Shown here in pieces: positions 50,785 through 61,619 of a stretch of DNA of 64,000 nucleotides. The DNA is from Hyphochytrium catenoides. Its lineage: Eukaryota > Protista > Hyphochytriomycota. Both the position numbers and the translations under genes were made by a program. Where the stretch lies: contig FLMG01000265.1 of the NCBI GenBank assembly GCA_900088475.1, positions 1 through 64,000 on the forward strand, written 5' to 3'. Positions within the stretch are counted from its first letter, which is position 1. Each line of letters starts with the position of its first letter. The notes beneath the pieces are model-generated. The model had not been told where the DNA came from. It ran no database searches and saw only the letters and a program-made list of their open reading frames with translations.

Positions 50785-52954
50785 ATGTTAGGGTCTACAA
50801 GGGTGGCTATTCTTTTTACTATCTGGGCCTGTTATATAACTGAATCACTGCCTATGGCTTCCCTGCCGGTCCCCTTTTGCCAGAAATACTGCGCTGCAGT
50901 CAGGACAAGCCCCCCCAGCGCTATTTGCGCCGTCTTTTCGGAAAGAGTTCAGCTTCGCTTCTGCTATCAGGGCGCGGAGACGGGTAAATTGGTTGGCTGC
51001 GCTCACTGCTGCAGCTCCACCGTCTTCGATTGGCAGCTAGAGTCCGCCTTACTACTTCGATCCCGACTCGCTTCATGCCGTAACTCTAACTCTAAGTACC
51101 AACAAGCTTGTGATACCGGATTCAACTCCGTCGTAGCAGAGATTATCAAGGCACTGGAGGTCGAGTTTAGGCGACACATCGCAGGAGAAGGAGGCACAGC
51201 CCCTAAGGCACAGTTGCCAACGGCAGCCACAGCTGACACCCTCGAAGCAGCACAACGGGCCGTTGGATCACATAAGCAAGGTCAGCAGGAGCCTATCCAG
51301 AAAGATGAGGGTGGAACACAATCAGTTGGTCTTATGGCTATCCACACCGCGTCCAATCAGATAGAGTTACAACCGGACGACGCTCGGCACATGCTCATTT
51401 CTGAAAGCTTGATAAAACAGACCGTCATCACCGCCCATGCTGAAGAAATTTCAGAAAGCAGTGCTACCATTATGGTCAATGAGAATGCCCAACCCGCCAT
51501 TCAGTCTTCAATACCCTCCATGAACACGTCAAGCCCTGGCAGCAATTCTCTACTAGGGAAGAACTCTCTTGGCTCGGCCCCTTCGCCAATTATTGTCTCT
51601 GAAAGTCAAACTCCAGATGCAGCAACCACCGACAAGACAGGCAGTGAGATGGCCCAAACAGTGTATCCCGGGAATGCCACTCGAAAAGCGCAATACAGCG
51701 AGGACCATGCTGCTGCCCGTCGTCTCCTTTTGACGGTTACGAGCAAGACAAAAAAGACCTTGTTCGACGCCGCCACTGAGTTGGACGATCGAGTGAGTTC
51801 CTTGACACGAGATACCAGTGTACAGCGTGGAGGAGGATCAAATATGGGCGACCGATCAGAGAAAAGTCCATTAGAGAGAGTCAAGGGACCAGCCAGTGCG
51901 AACGACAATAAAGTTAGAAGGGGGCTGGCCGATATTCCTAGCGCTGCTTCAAATCTCGTCATGCAATCCAAGCCGGTACTAACAGGTAAGCTTAACACTT
52001 GAGGATGCCTCACCACTGCCTTGGAGACTTCACCTCACTTTCCCTGGTGCTTAATAACATACCTACGCGCTGTTGATCTCTTAAAGGAGGGCGGTCAGAG
52101 CATAGAGTCGGGAGCGACGTAGCGGTATCGAGTGACCAATTGCTGGTTCCCAGTCCGGGAACTCGGAGTCAAGGTAGAGGACATACTCCTCATGTGCCGT
52201 GGCTCATAAAGCACTAATAGATGCCACTTTACACCCAGCTGACGACAACGGAAGCCTGTCCACCCTTCCGAACGACAGAAATGCTAAGGGGTCGTCCGTT
52301 GGAGGTTAGAGCACCCTCAGCTTCAGCAACAAACCCCCAGGGCCATGAACTAACTATGCACTGGTGATTGCAGAGAATAACCTCGCAGCAAGCCCGAAGG
52401 ATCAAGAAGTTAACGTGAACACCGCTAAGAGTTTGACGGCAACAGGAGACAATTTTCAGGGTCCTGATAAACAAGGGAGGAGTGGGCTTGTTCCTCCAAG
52501 GAGAGGGAAGAAAAGAGTTATCCTTATATCTCTTCACTCCCCCGCAGGGCTTGATGTTCAATATTCCTACCATGACGGAGAATTGGTGGAAGATTTCGCG
52601 ACAACAGTATGCGCCGCACAGGGATTCTCGGAGGTGCATGAAGAGTGTCTCAATCTTGTCAAGATAAGAGTGGAAGGCGCCATCACTGGTGGCTACTGGG
52701 AAATTGCCTCTACCGAGAAGAGCGGTCCGACCATATTCCTTCCACTCACAGTCGAGGGGCGACGGTTCACTCTCGTCAGTCAGGCAGGGGATGCTGTACG
52801 GGGGACCATTGAAAGGTTCTGCTCTCATCTATATGTGGACAGCATGGTGGACCAGGGAACTTGCCTCCGGCTTCAATATCATCAGACTCTACCCTTGCTG
52901 GAGAATCACTTTGGAGCATTAGAAGGCGGCAGGATAATGGATCACAGCTCATAG
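50785..52954 (+). CDS. Hypothetical secreted protein: signal peptide, Cys-rich N-terminus, long S/T-rich linker, C-terminal Cys-containing domain
   Basis: MLGSTRVAILFTIWACYITES is signal-like. The 405-aa and 196-aa ORFs are linked through GT-AG introns at ~51986-52240. Confidence 0.55.
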
Positions 52955-53151
52955 TCGAAGTACGACGCCTCAAGTGTACTCTTACCCTATAAATAGATAC
53001 CGATTGTACAATAAAGGATAAAAGAGTCAGAGATTAGAAAGCGAAAAGGACTGGAAAGAGAGCCGTAAGGAGGCAGGAAGGAGATGAAAAAGGAATCATC
53101 GCACAGCTCATCCAAAGATGTAGCAGGAGTGTAACTCCTCCCTGGGAGGAC

Positions 53152-54493
53152 CTAAAGGTGAAATTTCCGTCTGGAGGTGTCCATCTCCTTGCGCTTATGA
53201 ATCCACTCGTACTCCCCATACTTTGTATCGAAAACTCCTTCCTGCAGCCAACGAAGCTTCATCGTGAAGCGAGGACCCAATTCCTGAAGTCTAGCTTTCT
53301 GCAGAAATAGCAGCCCAGTGAGAATTGACCTGAGAAAGGTGTTTAAGCTAGTTTACCTTTGCGGTGTCAAAGACATAGCGGTGATGTCGTACAAAAATGT
53401 AGTCGCGCTGGTTATGGAAGGTTGCAACTTGTCGTCCCTTGAATTCTGGTCGCTGAAGCAGCCCGTCAGACTCGGGCTTGTGATCCCACAAAACCTATGG
53501 ACATCACTATCCCTCTCTTTACGTCATAATACACTCTCCCGTCTACGTAGTCTTGCCCTCTCAGGTAAGTCAGAGTCCTAGCATAGCAGAACTCACATGT
53601 GGAAAGAGAGAGCCAACTAGGCGCCCCACTCTGTGGCCCAAGCGCGTGGTGAAGTTGTTCAAGATCAGCTCTGGGATGTGCTCTGTAACTTGGCCATGGC
53701 CCTTTATGTCCCCACCAACAACCACGTTTGAGATTTTAAAGAAGGCTGTTGGCCCAGCCGGGAGATGTGAGATGATGGCACTGCAACCATAGAAGACAAG
53801 TCAAGTTCAACGGGCTGTGTCATCAGAGAGTAACCGTACATGACCCTCACCCGTTGCAGACCTTTTCCTTCTCGCTGAGCACAATAAGATGCGTGAATTT
53901 CTTGCCGGCTGCATACTTGCAGATCTCCTTGATATCGTAGGTCTTACGGGGATAATAATATGCATGCGGGATCAGCAGCATCAACTCTTGGATGAACCGG
54001 AACAACTCTTTGGAGGGGCGAGGACGAGTGGTAATCATAATCTTTGGGTCCTAGAGTTGCATGGGAGCCCGAACGCCTTGGTAAGAGAAGAGCTGAGAGT
54101 CTAAGACATTGCGCAAGTCTTCGTTACCTGCTCTGCGGAAAAGTATTTGGCAAACTCGTCAGTAGCTTCATCGTTGAGCACCTCTTCATCGTTAGGGAGG
54201 ACAGTGGTGATCTCGAGCTCTCGAGTATTATCAAGAGTTCTTGGTTTCTAGATTTCGAAAGTAGAGAATGAGTCTGGGTATGTCAAGGAGCATGACTTAA
54301 TATGGTGAATGACCTGCTTCGGCTGCACTTCCTCGCCTAGTTCCTCAGTTTCAAGCTTTCTCTTCTTCTTCTTGTCTTGCTTCTGCTTCTTTTTCTCTTC
54401 TTTGAGCTTCGCATAGACCTGGGTGCGTTTTTGTTTGTTCTTAATCTGTGAGGGATTCCAAGACGCGCTTTTCTTGCTTGTGGGAGGAGCCAT
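53152..54493 (-). CDS. RPF1: Ribosome production factor 1 (Brix domain)
   Basis: IKNKQKR...PRTLDNTRE...[85 protein letters not shown]. Confidence 0.95.
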
Positions 54494-55477
54494 CGCTGCG
54501 GTTCCTGCCACTTCGGACCACGCACACACCACCACGGAGCCCTTCGCAAGAAATCTGGCTCCCAGTTGGAGTTTTCTCTGTCAAATCGACTCCTCGTGAA
54601 GATGTACTACTGACTGTCAACTAAGGCTACGCTCAGTAGTCGTCCCCTGGACCACGGCACACTCTATCCTGTCCCCTTGAAGAAGAGACTCTCATAATAG
54701 ACACCTCTCATTGCCAAGAGTCTTCATCACATGCAGCTGCGAATCTCTGTGGCGCGTGTCGCGTGTGTTACGTCCTGTGCCGTACTCTATAAGCACCAGC
54801 CATCACTTCTTCACATCATCTTCTTCTAAGAACCGTTCCTGAGAGATTATCAAGGTAGGAGAGTCGTAGTAATCATATGAGGATTATCAGTTTAGGGTGA
54901 AAAGCGCCTTTCCTGCCTCCCTCTTTCCGACCAAGAAAGAGTGTTCTGAGATCGTGCAAGTGCGAGTGTCGGAGATGAAGCGTGATGAGCGGAGTGGCCT
55001 TCGATGCTTGCTCTACAGGCGCACCGTAACTCGTATGTGCCTGTCTCTTTGGCCTGACCAAGCGGAGCACATACATCAGCTCTGTACCTTTGAGGTCGCT
55101 TGCTAGGCCAACCAGCAGCCATTTGTCCTCGCTTTCTAACAACCACTACCCCCCAGTGAGTTGATTGGGCCCATTGCCTGCCCGATGGGCATTTTAGCGG
55201 AGCAGCCCCACACTTACCGGCGGCTTCACTGAAGCTGTTAACCTACTTAGAGCTTACCAGCATACAGCATACCGAGGAAGGGAACCTGCTCGGTGCATGA
55301 TGCTCAGAGTACGGACCCGTCGCTGCTGACAGTTAGCCTATTGATTACCGCTACCGCTGATAGTATCGTCACTGAGAGCCGTGCATCAGGAATCCTGGCC
55401 TTAGATGTGTCCGCTTGGTGGTTACGCCCAGCGTCGAGAGGGAGTTTCCTGAGGTTACGTCTACATTTTGGACCACT

Positions 55478-56759
55478 ATGAAGTTTGGGAAATCGCTGCT
55501 GCAGGTCATTGACTCCTCCAGCCCGAGCTGGTCTGAGTACTGGATCAACTATAAAGGCCTGAAGAAGAGTGTGAAGGAGCTGACAAAGCATGATGCTGGG
55601 AACACTGGAGATAAGCAGGCTGGGAAAAACGGTGACAGCGCCCCAAAACCAGTCACCGATCCCAACAGCATTGGTGAGATCCTGATGTCCTATATCATTC
55701 TGGTGCAGTACTAACTGTCGCACCCACAGCAATGTCGCCCCAGGAAGTTGTGTTCTTCAAGGCTTTAAGGGCTGAACTTCTGAAAGTCTCTAATTTTTTC
55801 TCGAGAGAAGAGGCAATACTTGCACAGCAAGTTGAAGACTTCCTTAGTGAATATGAGACTAAGGTAAGCGTAGACTATTAAAGGACCCGAAACCTAGTCG
55901 GTTAAGAGTGACCTTCGCCATGCAGGCAGAAGGCGACGAGCCCGATGACGCAAGACAAACGCGGCTCATGGCAAAATGCGTTGATCACTACAAGCAGTTA
56001 CTACTATTAGAAAATTATGCAGTTATGAACTATTGCGGCTTCTCAAAGGTTTAACCCGTCTGTCCACGGTTCTTTCTTAACCGCACTGACCCTTGTTTGT
56101 GTCTGCTAGATTTTGAAGAAACACGACCGGTGGACCGGTTATGGCACACGAGAGAAGTATATGACTCGGATGGTCAATCATCAGAGTTTCACAGTCTATC
56201 CGCGCCTTAGAGCTCTGATACAGAAGATTGAGACCGTCTTTGAGCAGTCCTCCTCCTCCTCGTCGAGCAAGGATATGCGAAGCTCATCCGCGACTGTTAG
56301 AGACCCCTCAGAGCAGACGAGAGCAAGGTCAGTCGCCTACAGCCATTCTCAAAACGAACGTGCCTCATGCTCACCTATGAATGAGGACAGCCCCAGCGAG
56401 CCCCGACAGCTGACTCTTGACGCCCTGCAAAGGCTTCACGACAACTCTAAGAGGTGAGAAACTCAATACATGACTCTCGGGTTGACCAGTTCTAACGACG
56501 CTTGCCTTTAAGTATTCAAAAGGATGAGATCGACATTACTAGCAAGAGACCACCCCTCGCAGAAGACGGAAGCATTCCGCCAGGTCAGCCAACAAGCCCT
56601 AACGACAACGGGGGCGGCGGGACACAGGCGCCGCGGCTCAACTTGAAGAGGAAACGGGATGATAATGAGAGCGATGTGTACCCATCTAGCCCTGTATCTT
56701 ATAGCAACTCTCCAAAGCCTCGGAGTCCTAGAATCAGTCTTAGATCCATTTTAAATTAG
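55478..56759 (+). CDS. SPX-domain-only protein with disordered tail; 5 exons
   Basis: MKFGKSL...WINYKGLKK (phosphate-binding cluster), FFKALRAELLKVSNFF, LLLLENYAVMNYCGFSK|ILKKHDR (lysine surface cluster). Tail ...LKRKR...RISLRSILN*. Confidence 0.92.
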
Positions 56760-57011
56760 AGGCAAGCGACTTTCTGCTGAGGCTTAGGAGCAGTCATGTT
56801 CTATATCATTTCATATTCCGTCCATTTGCAGCACTGAATGAAGCTAGCTGATAAATCATAACTGGCATTGAAAATTCAGCAACGGATGGTTATGAGGATG
56901 AACGGTGCTAAGTGAGGGGAGCTGGAGTTATCTGCTGTCGCTAAACTCGACCGTCCTCTGACAGATTGACACTTCTATTAGAGTTGTCACGTAAAGGTTT
57001 AGTAGGTGGCA

Positions 57012-59343
57012 CTACTTGTCACATTTGCGTTTTTTCATGAGGCTTGGCACGGGATAGCCGTCACGAATTGATTGTCGCATCGTTTTCTTATCTCCGTCCC
57101 AATGATTGTGAAACCTGAAGGAGCATGTAAGATGGTCATTCCATCTGACGGTGCGGCACAGCCCGACGTCACATGCTTTGCACTGGTACTTTGTTCTAAC
57201 CTCCGTCTTGGGCATCAGTGCAGAGCAGACGACGCAGTTCCTCTGACGAGTATGGCCATGAGCATTCTGTTCGTTCTCCGATAGCTGGTGCTTCATCCGA
57301 TGGCTCTCACAGGACTCCTGAGTTGGAATGGTGGACCCATCCGACACGGAACTGCGCCTTGTCCTCAGATGACGATAATTCTCGGCCTTGGTAAGCAATG
57401 CTTCGGCTAGGGTACTGACAAACAGCTCTCGGGTCATGTAGTTCATGTGTCCCTTCGGATATCTCATTTTCCATAGAATGTAGCAGTTAGCGATTACAAG
57501 GTCAAGAAGGCCCAGGAACACCTGAATATACCTACAGCGGGTCAGGTCAGACGGAAGGGTTAACTTACAACTAAGTACCGCGGTTAGCACAAAGCCATAC
57601 CACTTGTGGAAGGCAAAGATGCCTTGCAAAGAAAAGCTCCCCGCTTTCATCTCTTCAAGTCGGTCTGCCGCCCTCATGCCTTGCTTGTACACCTTCAGAT
57701 TGTGAGTTACGGGCAAACTAGACTTCTGAGCGCTTTTGCCCTCTCCGCTTACAATAACTCTGTTGGATAGCCCTGTGTCAAGGAAGTTACTAAGCTAGCT
57801 TTCCTTGACATAGCGCCTCACAATTACCTGTTGAAAGTAGGTAGGCGGATGGCTTTTCTTCCGTCCACGCGACTGCAGACATCGAGGGGATATCAGTGCA
57901 TCGAGCAGTTTCCAGTGTAGTTCCCTGTAGATCTGTGTTGTCCCTGTATCGCAAGATCCTCTCTTTAGGGAATCCTAAGCGCGAAGTCATGATGCTTCCC
58001 ACAGCATAGAAGCCGATTTTTAGGAGGTGAATGAAGAGGAGGACAGAGGAGCAGAATCTATCCATGATGATGACGCGCTTCATTCCCTTGCTAGTGGCTC
58101 TCAGGTACTTGACGTTTCTCAAGACCGCAGCGGCACCAGCAATCTCCGGACCATCGGGCTGCCATCTTGTTGGGTGTTTGCCCAAATATATCTCAAAGCG
58201 ATGGCAAAATGATGTTTCGGCACAACACACCTAGAGACGAATAGAGCTAGGCTCAGAAGAGTCTTCATTGCGCTATTTCAATCAGCACAAAGGGTTACCA
58301 TGAACATGGTTGCTCCCCATCTATCTGGTTTCCTGGCGGTGTACAGCCACTTTGGATTGTAGAGGGAGTGATGGGGAAGGGAACCCTCAGTGAAACAAAC
58401 CCGGCCTCCCATCAAATAGGCACGATTAAAGCTTGTATTCAGCGTGTCCACCACCGGTCGTAACTTCCACAGATGGTCACTATGGCTTCGCGCGTCCTCA
58501 TTATCGACGAAATGGAGGTATCGGCAAATGTCCAGGAACCTAAACATCATATGAGGCCACAGCACTCACGTTTCGTTTGCATCAACACCGAACCTACCTC
58601 TTCTCCGGCATATACCTGCCGAACCATCCATCAGGAAGAAGAGAGTGCGAGGACTTCTGCCAGTGGTGCCGAAGCCCTGTCCTCATGGGCTGCAAAGCGC
58701 GACTGATGCAGAGCCCTAAAAAGACGAGCAGCTCTTCGACTGTGACGTCCCTAAACGGTTCTCGAACCTTTCGTCTTGCGTATCTGTTTGTCTCTGCGGC
58801 GACATTCTCCCAGAACGTAATCGGCAGGAAAAATAGGAACAGTGTCAACGGATATACCATTGAGTTCGCTGCGGCTTCTGTGAATGAGGGTTCTTCGCTA
58901 AAAAGATCTGGGCCGTCCTCTATGGTGTCTCCATCAGGGGAGACGGAGTCGGCCCATTTGAGGTTCCTCAATTTCTCTGGAGTATTATGCTCCACCAGCA
59001 GGGATAACCCGTCAACCTCACGCTGAAGAAGCTCGAAGGTCTGATCATTCTCAGGGAGAGCCTCTGAAATACTCGGACCGCAGTCCCTGTCCCATCGATT
59101 CACTGAACAGCTATACAGGGTTGTTCGGAATATGGACCTATCCTCTAAGTTGCTACCATCGTCAGCCATTCCGACACCAAATTCCTCATCCTCTTCTTCA
59201 TCCGAGCTAACGCAGAGAACATCCAGTGTATCTTCCTCTTCACAGCTCGGGGGTTCGGGACGGTTGAGTTGCCATTCTCGGTATCTAGCCACCCACTTAC
59301 TATTCATGGGTCCAGCTTCTTCATCAGAAACTCCGGGAGCCAT
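57012..59343 (-). CDS. piggyBac transposase-derived gene (DDE_Tnp_1_7 plus C-terminal Cys-rich domain) with four spliceosomal introns; probably domesticated
   Basis: LFLFFLP...VAAETNRYA, ELLVFLGL, RFLDICRYLHFVDN, LWKLRPVVD, KPDRWG, MDRFCSS, YKQGMRAADRL, KW|YIQVFLGLLD...NCYILW, CVVC...CKAC...LC...C..H. Introns near 58541-58598, 58231-58297, 57773-57826 and 57532-57599 keep phase. Confidence 0.85.
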
Positions 59344-60060
59344 GCTTGTTGCGATGACTCCTGCCAGGCAGTGATGTGCAGAGAGTGACTTGAGTATTGC
59401 TTGGCCGAAGGAGAGTAAGATAAGGCTTCCCTTTCTGAAGTCACCAATGCTGCGACTCCATCAACCACCGTACTCCTCCTCTACCAGCAGAATCCTCCTG
59501 CTTAGGCCGACTTCGCCCTGCTATCTAAAGAGCAATAGGAAGCCCAGTCCTTCAGATAGCAGATAGCAGTCGCAGCGCGCGCATCGTCATTAGCGAAGTA
59601 GCTACAAAGGCAGCCGCCTCCACGTGTTAGAACTAGATGCTGCTGACGGGACTGACGCTGTTGGAGTTCAAAACCCATTCTTTCACCACGAAAAGTGGTC
59701 GGAGGATGAACGAGCGCTACTGTTCTGTACCTTGTTACAAGTAGCGCACTTGAGCGCACTCTACTTGCGCACATCTGGAGTGCTGCACTATTCAAGGAAG
59801 ACACATCATCATAATCATCATTCCGCCTCTGTCAACTCCCGCGGCTTGTCTTCAGACCTTCAGTCATCATCGTACAGAAACGATGATACGGTGGACAGGC
59901 AAAGGACAATAGTAGTGTATGTCAGACCGAAGGCTGTCGGTCAGAAAGGTCTGAGCAATTGGGGAGCCACTGTGTTCCTGACATGGTCTTCCTTCGTGGG
60001 AGGGGACACTAATACGCCAAGAGTGCCACTCTAAGGATTGAGAGCCATACGTAGAGTAGT

Positions 60061-60766
60061 ATGGACATGGCACTGTCGAAGACAAAGATCAAGAACAAGG
60101 TACTCTTTGTAACGGTGGGCACAACCAAGTTCGATGAGCTCATTGCGGCACTGGACAGGGCCACGGTCTATCATAATCTAGTTACAATGGGAGTGAGGAC
60201 CATACAACTCCAGATTGGTCGTGGCAGAGCGTTACCTCACCTGCACTATAGAATCTCTAAGCTAATGGAAGATGACTGTTTTGACGGCGGCTGTCCAGAG
60301 TTGCCGTCAAAGGAGTCTTGTGGCAATCCCGATAGCCAGATAGAGGTCAAGTACTATCGCTACAGAGACCGCTATGTTGAAGACTTCCATAATGCGGATC
60401 TTGTCATGAGCCATGCAGGTACTGACAAGGGCCAGCTCCCTTCCATTCTATCTCGTTGGGCGTTTCACTAGACTAAGGTGCCACAACTTTGTGCTTGCGT
60501 CGCAACATGCAGGTGCGGGTTCTATTATTGAAGCCCTTAACGCAAAGAAGCCCTTGATAGTGGTTGCTAATTCAAGCCTTATGGATAATCATCAGCTAGA
60601 GCTCTCAGACGAGATGTCCCGACTTGGATACTTAGCTGCCACCAGCTGCGGCAGGCTAGAAGAAGCACTTCATCTTAACAGACTAGAAAAACTGACAAGC
60701 CCTCCCGATAGAGACTATGGGGCCTTTCCGAAGATGGTGGACGACTTGATGGCCTCAGAAAGTTAA
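60061..60766 (+). CDS. ALG13: UDP-N-acetylglucosamine transferase subunit (GT28 C-terminal domain); 2 exons
   Basis: LFVTVGTTKFDELI, QIGRG, ADLVMSHA|GAGSIIEAL, IVVANSSLMDNHQLELS. Confidence 0.93.
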
Positions 60767-60951
60767 GATAAGCCGTAAGGATCTTCCATCTATTGAAAAT
60801 GGCTGCTAATTACCTGTGGACCTTTTACATTCGCAGATGAAGTAGTGTCGCGACGTGTATCGTTGAGAAGCACGCATATGAAGTGCAAAACGAGAATGGG
60901 CCTGCTTTCCTGTCCTTGTGCATGTGCAAACTCCATTTTGCACCAGCTCTA

Positions 60952-61446
60952 TCACTCATCACTCTCACTAGAGCTGCTATAGTCATCGCCTTCAGAAGAG
61001 GAAGAAGAGCTGGAGCTCGTTTCTATCTTGACTTCCATCTGCGCTCGAAATGCCGCCGGCTTCTTGCCTGCAGCTGGTCTGGGGGAGAGGTGATCGCCTT
61101 CCTCTGACTGGCTATCACTTGGTGCTGGCGGTTCTATGTATCGACCAGCTTCGGGCGGCTCCTCTACGATGCGCTTCTTTCTCGGGGGGTTGAAAACGTG
61201 CTTTGTTGTGGGCTGAATGGCGGTGCCCATATCGAATAGTTCGTCCACCAAAAACTCATTCTCTTGTCGGATCCTCTTGATTGTTTTCTTGGCGTCGATA
61301 AGTTCTCTTATAAGGTTCTGGTTTTCCTTCAGCAGTTCCTGGGCTTGCCGTTTTAACTCGCAGTATTTTGACTCGGTATCCTCGTCAAGGCCTATCTGTG
61401 CGGCATTCTCAAGAACTTTCGATGGGGAAGAAAGCTTCTTCAACAT
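60952..61446 (-). CDS. Small nuclear coiled-coil protein, INO80 subunit E/TFPT-like
   Basis: KYCELKRQAQELLKENQNLIRELIDAKKTIKRIRQENEFLVDEL matches the INO80E-type pattern. NLS PRKKR and acidic Ser tail. Confidence 0.6.
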   Translation of the reverse strand: MLKKLSSPSKVLENAAQIGLDEDTESKYCELKRQAQELLKENQNLIRELIDAKKTIKRIRQENEFLVDELFDMGTAIQPTTKHVFNPPRKKRIVEEPPEAGRYIEPPAPSDSQSEEGDHLSPRPAAGKKPAAFRAQMEVKIETSSSSSSSSEGDDYSSSSESDE

Positions 61447-61619
61447 CCTCTCCGTTGCCCGGGTCTGTTCTTACTTGCGCTAAGTATATGAGTTACCCCA
61501 ACACTGAGTTCTCTTGGTGGCCGCAGGGAGCTATGAGTTAGCTTGGCATCAGCCGCCGGTAGGCAAGGCCTATCCCCTGAGTCCTCTGCAAGGGCTCTTG
61601 TCGGTTGAATCACTAGTCA

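Noticed and set aside
56050-57564. ttaaccc...gggttaa pair resembling piggyBac termini
   Set aside because: Both lie inside introns (SPX and the piggyBac-derived gene), do not enclose the transposase and share only a short match.
59624-60034. WSEDERALL Myb-like fragment upstream of ALG13
   Set aside because: No further Myb residues, non-ATG start and no gene structure.
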